This document shows, in pieces, positions 13,101 through 26,140 of a stretch of DNA of 64,000 nt (the first letter of the stretch is position 1; every line of letters begins with the position of its first letter). This DNA comes from Lama guanicoe (taxonomy: Eukaryota): assembly GCA_013239625.1 (NCBI GenBank), contig MU054049.1, positions 259,015 through 323,014 of the forward strand, in the 5' to 3' direction. The notes under the pieces are model-generated. The model was not told where the DNA came from, searched no databases, and saw only the letters and a program-made list of their open reading frames with translations. The translations under genes and the position numbers were made by a program.

Positions 13101-13434
13101 ACTCATGGTCTGCTTCCACTTGGGCTGGACCTGAAGAACAGAGCTAGAAAGACTCCCAGAACAGCACATACACCATCTCTTTGAAGCCTCCAAGAACGCT
13201 TTGCAGCCCGTTCTACTGCCCCATTACACAGTAAGGAAACTGAGGCCCTGGGAGGAAGTCAGTGATTCTGCAGTCAGAGGTCTGCTAGTCCTGGCACTGG
13301 ACTGACATCTGCTTGTATCCAAGAACTCTTTATAACACCAATTTCAAGGCAGGTTCTTGGGAACCAACTGACCCAGAGCATTAGAGGGAGGCATTTGCTG
13401 AGCCAGAGCTGGTCCTGAGAAAGCAGTGAGAAGA

Positions 13435-13625
13435 ATCAGAGGGACAGGGTTTGACTTCCAGCCCCACCCACTCCCGACACATGACCTTGGACAATGCATT
13501 AACACCTTTGACTATTTTTTTCCTCCTCAGCAGATTAAAGAAGACGGGACATGCAGAGTTTGTGTGGAGACTAAAGGAGGTGTGTCCCCCAGGCAGCGCC
13601 AGCACATAATGGACCATCAGTCACT
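13435..13625 (+). mobile_element. MIR
   Basis: gggtttgacttccagcccc ... tgaccttggacaatgcattaac ... ccagcacataat. Confidence 0.6.
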
Positions 13626-13956
13626 GTGAGGGCCATCATTGTCCCCTGGGTGCCTGCTTGGCACACACACAGTGGGTTCCCCACGGCTGCAGTCCCACCA
13701 TGGGACGTCCACACTTAGGCTTTCCCACCTGATTTAAACAGCAGCTCGATCGCTTTGATTTCAATTTTTAATGCAGGAAGAAAAACAAAGTCTTTGCCTA
13801 ATTTTTAGTATTCTTGTAGCATGAAGTCTTACAGTTAAGTGTATTTATTTTTAAAATATACAGTTTTGACCACAAACAATCCTCTGTAAATTAGTCCACA
13901 TATCCTGAACAAAAGTACTTTTAAATAACAGAGGAATGATGGAAAAACTTGCTGAG

Positions 13957-14145
13957 TTTAGCACAAGGAACTATATTCAATATCTTGCAATAACCTATAG
14001 TGGAAAAGAATCTGAAAAAGAATATATGTGTGTATGTGTATATATATATATATATGGCTGAGTCACTTTGCTATACACCTGAAACTAACACAACATTGTA
14101 AATCAACTGTACTTCAATAAATAAGTAAATAAATAAATAAAAGTA
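13957..14145 (+). mobile_element. 5'-truncated L1 3' end
   Basis: tagcacaaggaactatattcaatatcttg ... tacttcaataaataa, with a degenerate TSD aaaaacttgctgag / aaaagcttgctaag. Confidence 0.85.
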
Positions 14146-16409
14146 AAAAGCTTGCTAAGAAGAACCACACTTCATAAAAAAACAAAACCCATGACTCAAC
14201 CCAGCTCGGAGGGTGGGGGTTGGGGAGGGGTTGGAAAGCAGAGGCCATGGAGTGATCAGACCTCTCCTTCTTCGAGGCAACCAGATCAGGACAAAGAGCC
14301 CATTAGAGGCAGTGGCGTGGGGGAGGGGTCGCCACAGAGGTGAAGGCTGACAGGCTTGGCCTGGGACAGTCACAGGGGAGCCTAAAGATCCTGCCGAAGC
14401 TGGTCACAGGAAGCATCGGGGAACATGACATATGATAGCAGGCTTTGCAGATGTCCTGCTGAGGCGCTGGGGAATTGTGACTGGCGGGGGAAGGAGACAT
14501 TTGGGGGCCCAGAAAATTCCCTTTATAATGCCAATTTCAAGAGCAAACGGAGTCCATAAAACATGCGGGGGCCTCTGGTCTCTGACTCTGCTGTGTGTTC
14601 GAGCATGAAATAGAGCAGTGTTTTGTGGCAGAGGAAACAGTGTACAGCCTGCCCCTCTCGGCGCAAAAGTCATCTCTGTAGGATCCCATGGCCGGGGGGG
14701 ATCTCTGCTCAGCGGAGTCCTGGCATCCTCATCTTGAAAGCTTGTTTAACTGAGATATGTCGTCAGCTCCCCAAGCTGCATCTTCTAATTCCCTCCTGAG
14801 GTACGTGTCCACGTACGTACCACTCCGTTACGCAGTGTTGCTGTCCTTCCATCATCTTGAGGACCTTTGAGGGGGTATCACTGCCCATTGCTCAAATGAC
14901 AAAGTCAAGTTCACAAGAGGGAGGGCCTTCGCCATGGTCACATAGCTGGGAAGGGGTTCCAAGCTGGACTCTTGACTCAGACATGCCCAGCTCCACAGGT
15001 GGCTTTCTTGCCAGGATTCCAAGTATCACGTGTGTGAGGATGACAGGGAGTCAGGGTTGTCTCCCAGGAGGCCTGCTGGGTTAGTCTAGGCTGCAAGGCC
15101 AGACGTGCCGACAGGGTATGAGTTCAGGGCCAGAGTCAGGCTACCCCAGCTCATGTAAACAGATGTATTCAACCTCCATCTGGTGAACTGGAGTGCAGAA
15201 AGGACTTCAGGGAGCTTCTTAGGTATAGGGTACCTAAGAGCTTATTAGGGGGTAGGACCCACCCTTTCTCTGGCAAACTCATGCTCAGTCTGTAGGAAAC
15301 ATACAGAAGACATAGTAAAATCAGGAGGTAAATGGCCTAATGCTTCCATCTCTGCTATCCAAGTTTACATCCACACCAGGGACCTAATGGGCTGTGACCT
15401 GAGCCAGCACCATCCCTTCCCAGCACTTCTCAAGGGCATGCCCGAGGCTGGTTGGACATATAGACTCATAGACCCACCCAGAGCTGCTGAATCGGACCCC
15501 CAAGGATTGAGAGGCACCGCTTAGGCAGACACAGGGAGCATAATATCAACTTGATCCCCTGGGATGTATCCCGTCTGCGTACCCCTGATGGAGGGAGGGT
15601 CTCCCTTTGCAGCTGGCTGCGTGGATTCAAGTTCCAGGAAGTCCAGTGAGACTGCGGGTAAGCTAGCCAACCTCGCAGTGCATGGGGGACAGCAAGGGTG
15701 CCCACCCACCAGATTCCGGGGAGCCATAAATCAGGACAGGGTTGGCACACAGCCAGCACACCAACAGTGTCCACTGCCCTTCTGATGGGGGATTAGCTTT
15801 GCTGACATACGGAGTCTGGTTAGAGTCACATCTTACAGGCTTGGGAGTCTTTAAAAGGATTTTTTAAAACCTCTACTCCGAACATAGTAAAAGTTTATTT
15901 TAACTTTTTTCTACTGATTTATATTTCCCCTGAAGCCAAACCATTGAAGTGACTTTATGAACTGACCAGTCTTTCTCCTAACCCAAATACCTTTCAGTGG
16001 TTACATTCATTGGCTTAGCTACTCATCCAGAGCAGACAGTTATAGAGGATCTACCGTGGGTGTGTTCCTGGAACTCCAAGTGACTTAAGTTACCCCCGTT
16101 ACCCTCATGATCCCATCGCTGATGCAAAATGATACAGTGTAGAATGAAAGAGGCACTGGTTTCCATGGGGGGGAAAATTACCTAACCCAGTTGAAAGACG
16201 GTTCCCTAGAGGAGGCTACCCTGGGGTGTGGGCTTCCAGAGCTGGAGGACAGTAGTTAAACACTTAGTGGTACTCCTGCTTCTGGGCTGAGAAAACCCCA
16301 GTTGCTTATATCAAGCAGAGAATGGAGAGAAACTGGTTTGCTGGAAGCTTTCATAACAGGAGGTGGCATGATGTTGCATTTAGCAAGACATTGTATTTGA
16401 ACCAAGAGA

Positions 16410-16775
16410 ACTGTCTTAAAAAGAAAGGAAATTGACTCATGCTACAGCATGGAGGAAACTGGAGGACATTAAGCTAAATGAAATAAGCCTGTCACAAGAA
16501 AACAAATGCTGTACAATTCCACTTATATGCAATTCATAGAGTAGTCAAATCTATGGGAAGTGGAAAGGTGGTGGCCAGGGCTGTGGAGAGAGGGGAATGA
16601 GGAGTTGCTATTTAATGTGTACAAAGTTTCAGTGTTGCAAGATGAAAAGGGTTCTGCGGATGCATGATGGGGATGGTTGCACAACAATATGAATGTACTT
16701 AATGCCACTGAGTTGCACGTTGAAAAATGGTTAAGATGGTAAATATTATGTTGTGCGTACTTTATCACAATAAAA
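16410..16775 (+). mobile_element. L1MB-like 3' end
   Basis: catgctacagcatggaggaaactggaggacatt ... gtacttaatgccactgagttg ... cacaataaaa. Confidence 0.85.
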
Positions 16776-18149
16776 GAAATAGAGAAGAAGAGACACGGCT
16801 GTCTATACTATATTAAAGTATAAACAGAACGAGAAAGATTGAGAAAGTTAAAGACACATTCTTATACTTACACTCAATTAAGTAAAAAGAAATAAATCCC
16901 CAATTTAAATTCAAAGCTACACATTGATCTTGTACAGAGTATCAGAGTCTGAGATGGACAGACATAGCTTCCTAATGCTTCTCCAGTTGCTGGTTCTATG
17001 GACTTGACCTTTGGGACCCTCAGTCTCTTCATCTACAAAATAAAGCACAATAATATCTAGGTTGTTAAAAAAAAAACCCTCAGTAAACCCTCATTAAATG
17101 CTCTGGACAGTCTGATGTATCCCGCAAGCTGTGTAGGACAAGGTTTATAAAACTGGACGACAGGACAGACCCTTGACATTTGCAGAATAATTATCCGGAG
17201 CTCTCAGTGAATCCCACTGAGTAATCCCCCAAATATTATAATAAGAATACTTTTAAAGCCATTCCACCATTCCAAAAAAAATGTTTATGGTGTGACCAGA
17301 GGTGCCCATTTCCTGTTGGTGCCATTTGGTGACCTGGAAACAGTCTTAGGGGACGAGAACCCCAAACCTCCATATCATTTGTAGCAGACGATGTAAGTCA
17401 GAGCCACCCCCTTTCTTTCTGCCTCTGACCACTGGGCCCCGTTCCCAGCAACGTGGTATCTGATTGAACCCTGGGAAATTGCTTTTTTTTTTTTTTAAGG
17501 ACCAAAATGATCCGATGGTGGCAATTTCAGGTGGTTCCATCGAATCCAAATGTTAGTTATTGTTGAGGGTGGCTTCCTTTGAGACTGAATTTGACATGAG
17601 GAGTAAATACAATAAAGTACTTAAGCAGTGGCTGACACATCGCAAACACGCACTATTGACGGTTTATTGACACTGTCACTCAGCAAGTGACATTAACACA
17701 TGTTGGGGATTGTGGAATGTCTAACTGAAATTGGGGAAAGGTGTTCTGGACTTCAAGTTGCTCTGGTTAGTATCTCTTCTCCACTGTGCTCAGGATTCAA
17801 CAATGCCACGCTCAGCACTACATGTCTATGGTGATTGACTTGAAATCCTCTGTCTCAGAATGTCACCTGTTTCTAGTTCATCTGGGCTGAAGTTTAGACT
17901 CACTTGGGCAATTTCTTAAAGTTGGATCAGTCTTAGAGGGTGAGCCCTGGGCATTGCTGTGATTCTAATGTTAGGCAAGGGTTAATAACCCCAGCCCTAG
18001 TTGATACGTAGAATCTATGAAATTCTGGGCTTTTGTCTGTCTATTGATGTTGCTGGAAAGACAGACATCCACTTAGGATGTCCAGGAGGGCTCTGCAGGG
18101 GAGGAGGGACCCTGACCAAAGTGGGGGTGCCTCCTCCTTGCTGCTCTGA

Positions 18150-20460
18150 GGGTATCATGGGCTATTCATTGCAGTGTGACAAGGCAAAGCAATGTACTAT
18201 TCATTACATAAATAGAACGTATTTATTTATTCATCCTATTGTTAATGAAAATTGGATTACCTCTTGTTTTGGAAATCATGCATGGAGCTGCCATTCTTGT
18301 GAAATTACTTATATATTATGCAGATGTGAGCAATTTCTCTCATATTCCTATAGATTCGTGGACTTATTTTTTCACTGTTATACTTCTTCATACTTAAATT
18401 GTCCCCAAAATATTCAGTGGGATCCCCTTAAATTGATGCCTTCATTCTTTGGGCATATTTCCGTTGTTCTTTAAGCACTTCTTTACTTCCTCTAATAACA
18501 AAATGTTCCAAGTTTGTCACCTAGTTTTCCTGCCTGAGACCTAGAATTGGCTATTTATCCAAGGATGGCTCATTTTATTGAGAAATAGTATTGAAAAATC
18601 AGGATCTGGGTCACCATGTAGACTCCTTGTGACTGGCATCTTTCCATATCAGTGGACAGAACTAGGATGGATGGATGGAGGGATAGGTGGCGACACACAA
18701 AATTATGAATTTGTAGTGATGTTTCTAATTCAAATTTAATGGAATGGGATTTTTTTATTTTATTATTTATTTATTTATTTTACTTATATTTTATTTTAAT
18801 TTTTTTATCCATATCTCCTTTATCTTAGAGTGAAAATCTTAGTTCTCAATATTAATATATTACATCTTTGTTTCATCTTATAATTTCCATTGTTTCTTGA
18901 TCCATGGAATATAATCAATATCTTGGGACACCTCGCTAAATGAATAAGTAATTTTGTGCCCCTGAACTTCTTCCACCTCCTAAACATAACATACCTTTTG
19001 TATTTTCAAAGCTTTTATCATTTATATCTTGCTCTGCAACGGCAATTGTGTCTTCCACTTTTTATTTATATGTTGATTCTGAAAATCAAAACCCAACAAA
19101 TAGAACTTTTGATAGTATGATTATGTATTCAGTTGAATCATATGAACCATATGAAATTCCTTATATTTCATCTCCTTTTACTTCCAAAAAATGTGGTAAT
19201 TTCCTGTGGTTCAGCCAGATATTTTTATTAGAGAAACATCTACACAAGGACAAGAATGTTTTCATCAGTCACTAAATCTTTGCTGTTCTACTGAGAATAT
19301 TCCAAGGTTTAAAGTCTAATAGATTCCCATTTTTTAAATGCCACTATGTGTTTAAAATTATGCCAAGCTTTAGCTTGTCTCATGTTTGTACCATAACTTT
19401 CTTTTAAGCTTTTTGTTTTGTCTGGAGAATATGATTGCCTTTCTTTTTTTTTTTTTTTTTCCCAGAGATAAGGCACTTGGGAGGTAAAATTCCCGAGTCC
19501 TTATGAGACTGAGAATATCTGCCTTTCACTTTCACATCTAACTGACAGTGTTATAAGTAGACAATAATTTTCCTTGAGACATTGAACGTCCTTCTGCACT
19601 TAATTCTAGTTCATAGTCAAGTTGGCAAGAAGTCCAACTTGTTTCTTCTTTCATTGTAGCTATCTGCTTTGCTCTCTCTGGAAGCATCTCCATTTTCCCT
19701 ACACTCTGCGCCATGCTTCCCACCTAGCAGTCTGCAAGTCCTCTTAGCCCGAAGATATTTTTGTGCTTTATTCTAAGGAGACATTCCTCTATTATTTCTT
19801 TAATTATTTCCTCCTCTCCATTTTCTCTGTTCTTCCTGGAACTTGTTGGATGCTGACTCTTCCGCCTTTCATCTTCCAGTCCCCTTACCTCTTCTCGAAC
19901 ACGTCTGCATCTTTCTTACATAATTATTCCAAGTCCTCAGAGATTTTCCCTACATTTTTCTTTCAGGCCTTATGTAGAATTTTGAAGTTTGGGAATAATA
20001 ATATGTAATCTTATTTTAATTTCTGTATATGGTTTCTTTTACTATGTCTTCTAAAATTTGTTTTTTTGAAGTATAATTGACATATAACATTATATTAATT
20101 TCAGATGTACAACATAATGATTCGATATTTGTATATATTGTGAAATAATCACCACAATACATCTAATTAAAATTGGTTACCATACATAGTTATGAAAATT
20201 TTTTTTCTTGTGATGAGGACCTTTAAAGTCTACTCTCTTAGCAATACAGTATTATTAAATATAGTCACCATGCTGGATATTACATAATAACTTTAAAGTT
20301 TGGGGAATAATATTATTATTTTAACTTCTGTATATACTTTCATGTTCTCTGCTAAGGCACAGAGATGTTTTCCATACGAAGTTTTTTTTTCATGGTTTTT
20401 GGATGCAATACCATATATTCTTTGAATGTTTCTGAGAATAGTATTCAGCATTTTACAGTG
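18150..20460 (-). mobile_element. Cluster of decayed L1ME/HAL1-like fragments
   Basis: T-rich + strand with antisense L1 3'-like and ORF1-like text. Internal boundaries are unresolved. Confidence 0.6.
20055..20285 (-). mobile_element. L1 3' end nested in the older LINE
   Basis: ttttgaagtataattgacatataacatt ... ttcttgtgatgaggacctttaaagtctactctcttagcaa. Confidence 0.85.
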
Positions 20461-21222
20461 TATCTAGCTAAAAGTCAAACCATTGATATATAAGAAAGAC
20501 CTACAGGAAAGCAGATGAAAGTTCTCAGAAGATAATAGATAAGCACACTACAACATGGGGAAAATTGAAGTCTCAGAAGATCTCAAAATAGGAACAAAAA
20601 CACATATTTGAAGATATGAATTTTTAAAATTTCCTTTAGAGAAGGAAAATGTAATCTGCACATAAAAAGTACATATCATATAAGAGACAAAACAATGGCA
20701 AATCTAGACAAAGCTCTGTTAAGAAATGGAATATAAAAGGTAAAGACAGAATACTTTAATTCAAGAAACAAACAAACCAAACCAAATTACGTACACTGCG
20801 TGCACTACAGCCACAGCAACTGTCAGAAGTCAGCCCACGCTTACAGATGAATGGATAAAGAAGATGAGACAGATATATACATACATACACAAATGTATAT
20901 AAAAAGGAACTTCCTCCTCTTTCTCAGCATGAAATTGAGAGTAACTAGAAACTGTCAAATGTGGAATCTTCTGAAACAGAAAACTGTTTAAAGAAATAAA
21001 TTCAACAACCAGAATAAACAAATACACACACATACAATCATACACAAATGCTAAACAATATATGGTAATATTAATGGATTTTCTAAAGGGCACTGGAAGA
21101 AATTGTTAATGATGATGAGAAGAAATTTAGCGATGAGGGAGGGGAGACACTTTATTGTGTGCTACTAACCTGTTTGACTTCACACCAGAGTACGTGCGTC
21201 ATATGTAGATTATACTAATGTA

Positions 21223-21574
21223 TACTCAACCCTCGGTATCTGAGAGAGACTGGTTGCAGGACCCTCATAGCTACCAAAACCCAGGGATGCTCAAATCCCT
21301 TATATAAAATGATGCAGTATTTGCATATAATCTGTGCACATCGCCCCCCCCCGTATACTTTAAATCGTCTCTGGATTACTTATAATGCCTAATACAATGT
21401 AAATGCAATATAAATAGTTGTAAATACAATGTAGATGCTATGTAAATAGTTGCCTGTGTGAGGCAAATTCAACTTCTGTTTTTTGGAAATTTCTGATATT
21501 TTTTTCCAAATATTTTTGATCCAGGGTTGGTTGAATTCACAGATGTGGAACATGCAGCTACAGCGGGCTGACTG
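21223..21574. mobile_element. MER2-like Tigger (TcMar) non-autonomous DNA transposon
   Basis: TA on both sides (21221-22, 21575-76). Contains gatgctcaaatcccttatataaaatgatgcagtatttgcatataa and ends ...gggctgactg. Confidence 0.85.
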
Positions 21575-21904
21575 TACTTTAAAACACAGCTGTGTGTGGG
21601 TGCATGTGTGTATGAATCTTCCATCACTTCTGTTCTATCTTCCTACCAGTAAAAGTGTAAGTAAATGTACGTGCATTGAAAGGGAGCTAGATCATGCGAT
21701 TTTAGGTAGTTTTAAATTTTCTGCTTCAAATTGGTTTTGCAATCAAATAAACCAACAACTGCTATAAAAATAAATTTAAAATAGAGAAAATAAATGTCTG
21801 GAAGAAGTAGTTGCCTCTTGTGGGTAGAATTATGAATTTTTTTTTTCTTTTGGGCCTTTACGTATTTACCTAGATTTTCTGTAATCATGCAATTTATCTA
21901 GATT

Positions 21905-22235
21905 TTCATGGTTTTGAATCCTGCCCTTGGCACTTGGGCAGGTTAATTACCCTCCATGTGTCTGTTTTCTCATCTGTAAAATGAGGCTTATAAAATGTGG
22001 TTTATAGGGGGAGGGTATAGCTCAGTGGTAGACTGTGTGCCTAGCATGCAAAAGGTCCTGGGTTCAATCCCTAGTACTGCCATTAAAAGATAAATAAATA
22101 AATGAAACCCTAATTACCTACCCCCAACACTCACAAAACGTGGTTTACGATTATTATAAGAATGAAATGAGGTAACATGTTTGAGTGCATTGAACAGGGC
22201 CTGATACATAGGGAATGATCAGTAAAAAAGTAGAA
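21905..22235 (+). mobile_element. MIR interrupted by a SINE
   Basis: ttgggcaggttaattacc ... ctcatctgtaaaatgagg, resuming as aagaatgaaatgaggtaacatg ... cctgatacatag. Confidence 0.75.
22007..22134 (+). mobile_element. tRNA-derived SINE, camelid vic-1-like
   Basis: ggggagggtatagctcagtggtag ... gggttcaatccc. TSD aaaatgtggtttata (21992-22006)/aaaacgtggtttacg (22135-22149). Confidence 0.9.
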
Positions 22236-23699
22236 GATACAGCTAAAGAAATTTCTTTCTTGGATTACATTTTCTTTCAGAATATCTTTTTCATTTATCT
22301 TTTCCAAGCTCTGTCCCCTCCCTCCCTCCCTCGCCCTCCTCCCTTCATTCCTCCCTCCCTGACTTCCTTCCATCTTTACATTTCTTGCTAAAGTAAGTTT
22401 GCAGCAGTGCCTGGCCCTTTGATAAATCCTGCCCGTGCTTCACGTGGGTGGTTTTCTTGAGATACTCCGTCTGTTCTGAAACAATACAGATACATCTCCC
22501 TGACGGTTTCCCTGTGCAGTTTGAGGCCTGCTTTCTTCTCCTATGAGCTATAGTCAGAGGGGCTGGATTTTCTGCAGTCTGACCAGGGGAAGGCGGGGCT
22601 GGGCCAGCATGCAGCCCTCACGGTTGGGCTGGACTTGTCGCTCATTTGTAGTTTGGTTGAGGCTCCTGAGCCTGGATTTACCACCTCTCTCACAGCCTGA
22701 GGAGACCCTTGTGCTTCTTTCCTGCCAGTTCATCAAGGGCTTTGCCAATGTCCCAGGGAGCCGCCGCGGGTGTGGCTGGTACCCTGTCCTTCACTGGTCT
22801 CTCTCCAGTGGACACGGCATAACTTCCAAAGACAAGGCAGGGAAAGGGGCGATGCTCTTTAGGCCCGTGCTAAGCGTGCACAGGAGAGGAAACACGTGAG
22901 AGCTTTGCCAGTGTCCCCTCCCTGCTCTCTGCTCCTCTTCCACAGGAGCTTAGCTCTTGAGGTTTTGGTCATCACTTTGGCCACGTCAGTCCTTCTCGCT
23001 GGAGACACTGAGCGCTGGGGCCCCTGCACCCTCCGGCTCTCCTTTCCTGCCCTCCCCCCCATCAAGAGGCCACTTCCCCAGTGAAGTCAGCTGTTTTCCC
23101 CTCTCCCGGAGGAGCTGAGGCGGGCTGGGGAGGACCCTACGGTCCCGAACATGGTTCAGGGCTGCTGGTGGCAGATTTCTGTCTGCCTTTCTTTCAGCCT
23201 GTTCCCCTCGCAGCCTCCTTCTGTCCTGCCTTCCTGGGTCATGGCCCTCGAGCAGTTGGAGGACAGCTGCCAATTCCTTGTGCCTCCTTCCCCGCCCACT
23301 GGGGGCTGAAATGACAGCGCCCTCTTAGGATGGCATGCCAGAGACCACCAGGCCCTCCATTCAGCTTTAGCAGGTCAGGGTGGGGAGGCCCTGGAAGAAT
23401 GATGGGTGTCAGGAAAGGGGCAAAAGATTGTCATCCTTCTGGTCCTCCTCCTGGCAGGCCTGCCCTGATGCCCAGGGCTCCCTCCCAAGCCTTCCTGTCT
23501 GACCCGAAGGGACTCCCTCCACCCCTCCATGCCCCACACCAACTCTGGTCCCCTGACATGGGAGCCCACCCCCTTCCTGATGAAAGTCAGGGACTGGAAA
23601 ACCATGCGGAGCTTTATTCAAACAGATTCTGTTTTGCATTAGAAACTCATCATTCTTCTTCCAGGAGGCTGGCCCGTGTTGTCAGAAAGGGAAATGGAA

Positions 23700-23930
23700 A
23701 TTGAGAGCGAGGCCAAAGGCTGATTGAGGGCAGGCCGCTACCTCCCAAGAGGAGGGCAGAGTGTGAGGGAAAGGAGACAGGCCTGCCTCCTCCATCCTTC
23801 CGACACTTGTCTGGTCCTGTGCGGGGCTGGCCGTCACCAGCGCCCTCCCTCTCCCGGGGCGGGCCAGCCACGGGCAGACCCAATCGGGGCCGCAGTCCTT
23901 GACTTGGCCCCACGCCCGGGAGCACAAAGC
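23700..23930. promoter_or_regulatory. Small CpG-rich promoter/enhancer-like patch
   Basis: CpGs are retained locally. GC box GGGGCGGG 23856-23863, CCAAT 23880-23884, KLF/SP CCACGCCC 23910-23917. Motif evidence only. Confidence 0.35.
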
Positions 23931-24487
23931 CAGTTGGTTCCACCTGGTTTTGAGTATTCTTACTACAAACAAACAGCATCCAATTAGCCTTCTTTCAATG
24001 GGGACGCTCAGAAAAGGAGATTACATGAAAATAACATAATCACATCTTGGATGAACTTCAAAATTAGATTTGTGGGGCAGTTAAGTTCAACAGAAACAAC
24101 TAATTAGGGAAGAGTTTTCCGGCTTGAATTAGTTTTGACCAGCAACCTCCACATACCCTCCCACTCACATCCACAAGGTACCCCCACCCACACCCTCCGA
24201 CACACAGCCATCCGCTTCGGGGAAAAGAGCGCAGGGCCTGGGGGTACCAGGTGCTCAGGCCTGGTCCTGAGTCCTGTGTCTGTGGTCCTCACATCGTGGT
24301 TCAAATCCTGTTATTCTACGGCCGGGCTCCCCTGCCCTCATTACCAACCTTATCACAAATGCTTTTTCTTCTTGCTATGATTTCTGTCGCAGGCTCATAG
24401 CAGATCAGATGGCCATGAACTTGCTCCGTGCTGGAAGCTTCCCCTCTTTTCCTCTGATGCTATCTGCCCCAAAGGGAAGGAGGCCAC

Positions 24488-24620
24488 ATTTATCAAGTAC
24501 CCTCGATGTCCCAGGCATTTCTGATACAAGATTTCATTTAAGCTCCATGATAATCTCAAGAGGCAAGTACCGTGCCCATTTTCTAGATGAAAAATAGGGG
24601 CTCCGAGACGTGTGTAGTAG
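24488..24620 (-). mobile_element. MIR
   Basis: tttcatttaagctccatgataatctcaagagg ... cccattttctagatgaaaaa. Confidence 0.65.
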
Positions 24621-25258
24621 AACCAGATAGACTTTCCTGGCTTGCGTAGGGGGAGTGGATACTGATGCTCTTGGGCCAATCTCTCGCCATTCTGTGGCTG
24701 CAGCTCCTCTTCCCCCGGGCCCCTGCACACTCTAAATTTCTGTTGAGGATTTCTGCATGTGGCTTCTGATCGGTTCCTTGGTGTGGGGGAAAGAAATCAT
24801 CACGTAGAGATGAAAGAAGTGGACTTCCTCCCTGTGTGATGTCAGAGAGCCCAGCCCCCAAGGAGCCAAAATAAGCCCTTCTCTGCCAAACTGTCTAGAT
24901 CCTTAACCTGTCTGCCTCCTGGTGACCCGAGAGGACCCAGGGGTTCTTGATCACTTACCTCCTGGACCTCCCTGATGGTCAAGGTGACATATAGGACACA
25001 CATACAAGGGAGTTTCTGGGTCCCAGCCATTCCCACAACTTTCTCTCTCACACACACACACACAAAAACCAACAAAAAGTCTATCGGAGAATCATATAAT
25101 GGTGACAAATTAGGGAATATGCCTTACTCCCTCCACAGACCTACCTGGCAATCAGAAAGCTGCACTTTTGCCCCCAGAGGAGGCTGGCAGCTTGCATTAA
25201 ATTTCTTCAATCTTCCATCCAGGCAAAGGAGATTTCCCCACAAAGATACTGGGGTGAG

Positions 25259-25419
25259 TCTCAAATTTATCCCTTCCTACCCCTAAGGGATACATTTGGC
25301 AGTCTGAGATTTGCAAATGTTAATCACTATATATAAAAATAGATAAAAGAAAAAACAAATTTCTTCTGTATAGCACAGGGAAGTATATTCAATACCTTAT
25401 AATAATATGAAAACAATTA

Positions 25420-25460
<41 letters not shown>

Positions 25461-25550
25461 GACTGGGACATTATATTGTACACCAGAAATTGATGCATTA
25501 TAACTGACTATACTTCAATTTAAAAAATTAAATTAAAGTAAATTTTAAGA
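25259..25550 (+). mobile_element. Young truncated L1 3' end with a short inverted 5' segment
   Basis: Perfect 17-bp TSD AAAGATACTGGGGTGAG (25242-25258, 25551-25567). L1 terminus gactatacttcaattt. Internal (TG)n(TA)n. Confidence 0.9.
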
Positions 25551-25739
25551 AAAGATACTGGGGTGAGAAAGGGAAGTGGATGCCAGACAGGAAAAAGCAT
25601 TCAATATTATGGAAGCAGATCAGGGTTCCAGCCAGGATCGTGGGTCACAGTGCACATTAAGGAGGGGGACCTGTGAGATGCAGTGGGAAAGGGGACAAGG
25701 AGAAAGCTGCCGGCATGTCCTGAGTCCCTCTCATGGGGC

Positions 25740-26140
25740 CCTGGTGGTTTCGTCCACTGAACCCTTGTGGAATTGTTGTATCTTTATCTTGCAGGAAAAG
25801 GCATTCAGGACTCACCAAGGTAACGAGATTTATATGACTACAAGCTACAGTGTATTGACCCAATGTATTTCTATTGATTAGGAAATTATTGAGCAAGTGG
25901 AAAATGCACATTATATGAAAAACTTGGAAACGTGCATTAATAAAAACACATTATATTTGTGCCAAGAGCTGTATGTCCGTAACAAACAGTCCTGCGTAAC
26001 AGAGGACTATCTTTGAATCTAATAAATGCCTCCCGGCAGTCACAATGGAATTAAATCTACCAGTGGTCCACGGTGTTCCTCAAAATGGGCCCATGTCTTC
26101 CAGGAGCTTTGTCACAAGAGCAAGTTTGAAAATCACCAGC
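25740..26140. mobile_element. Possible old hAT-Charlie remnant
   Basis: AT-rich core ending in aagtttgaaaatcaccag, similar to Charlie/MER5-type termini. Confidence 0.4.
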
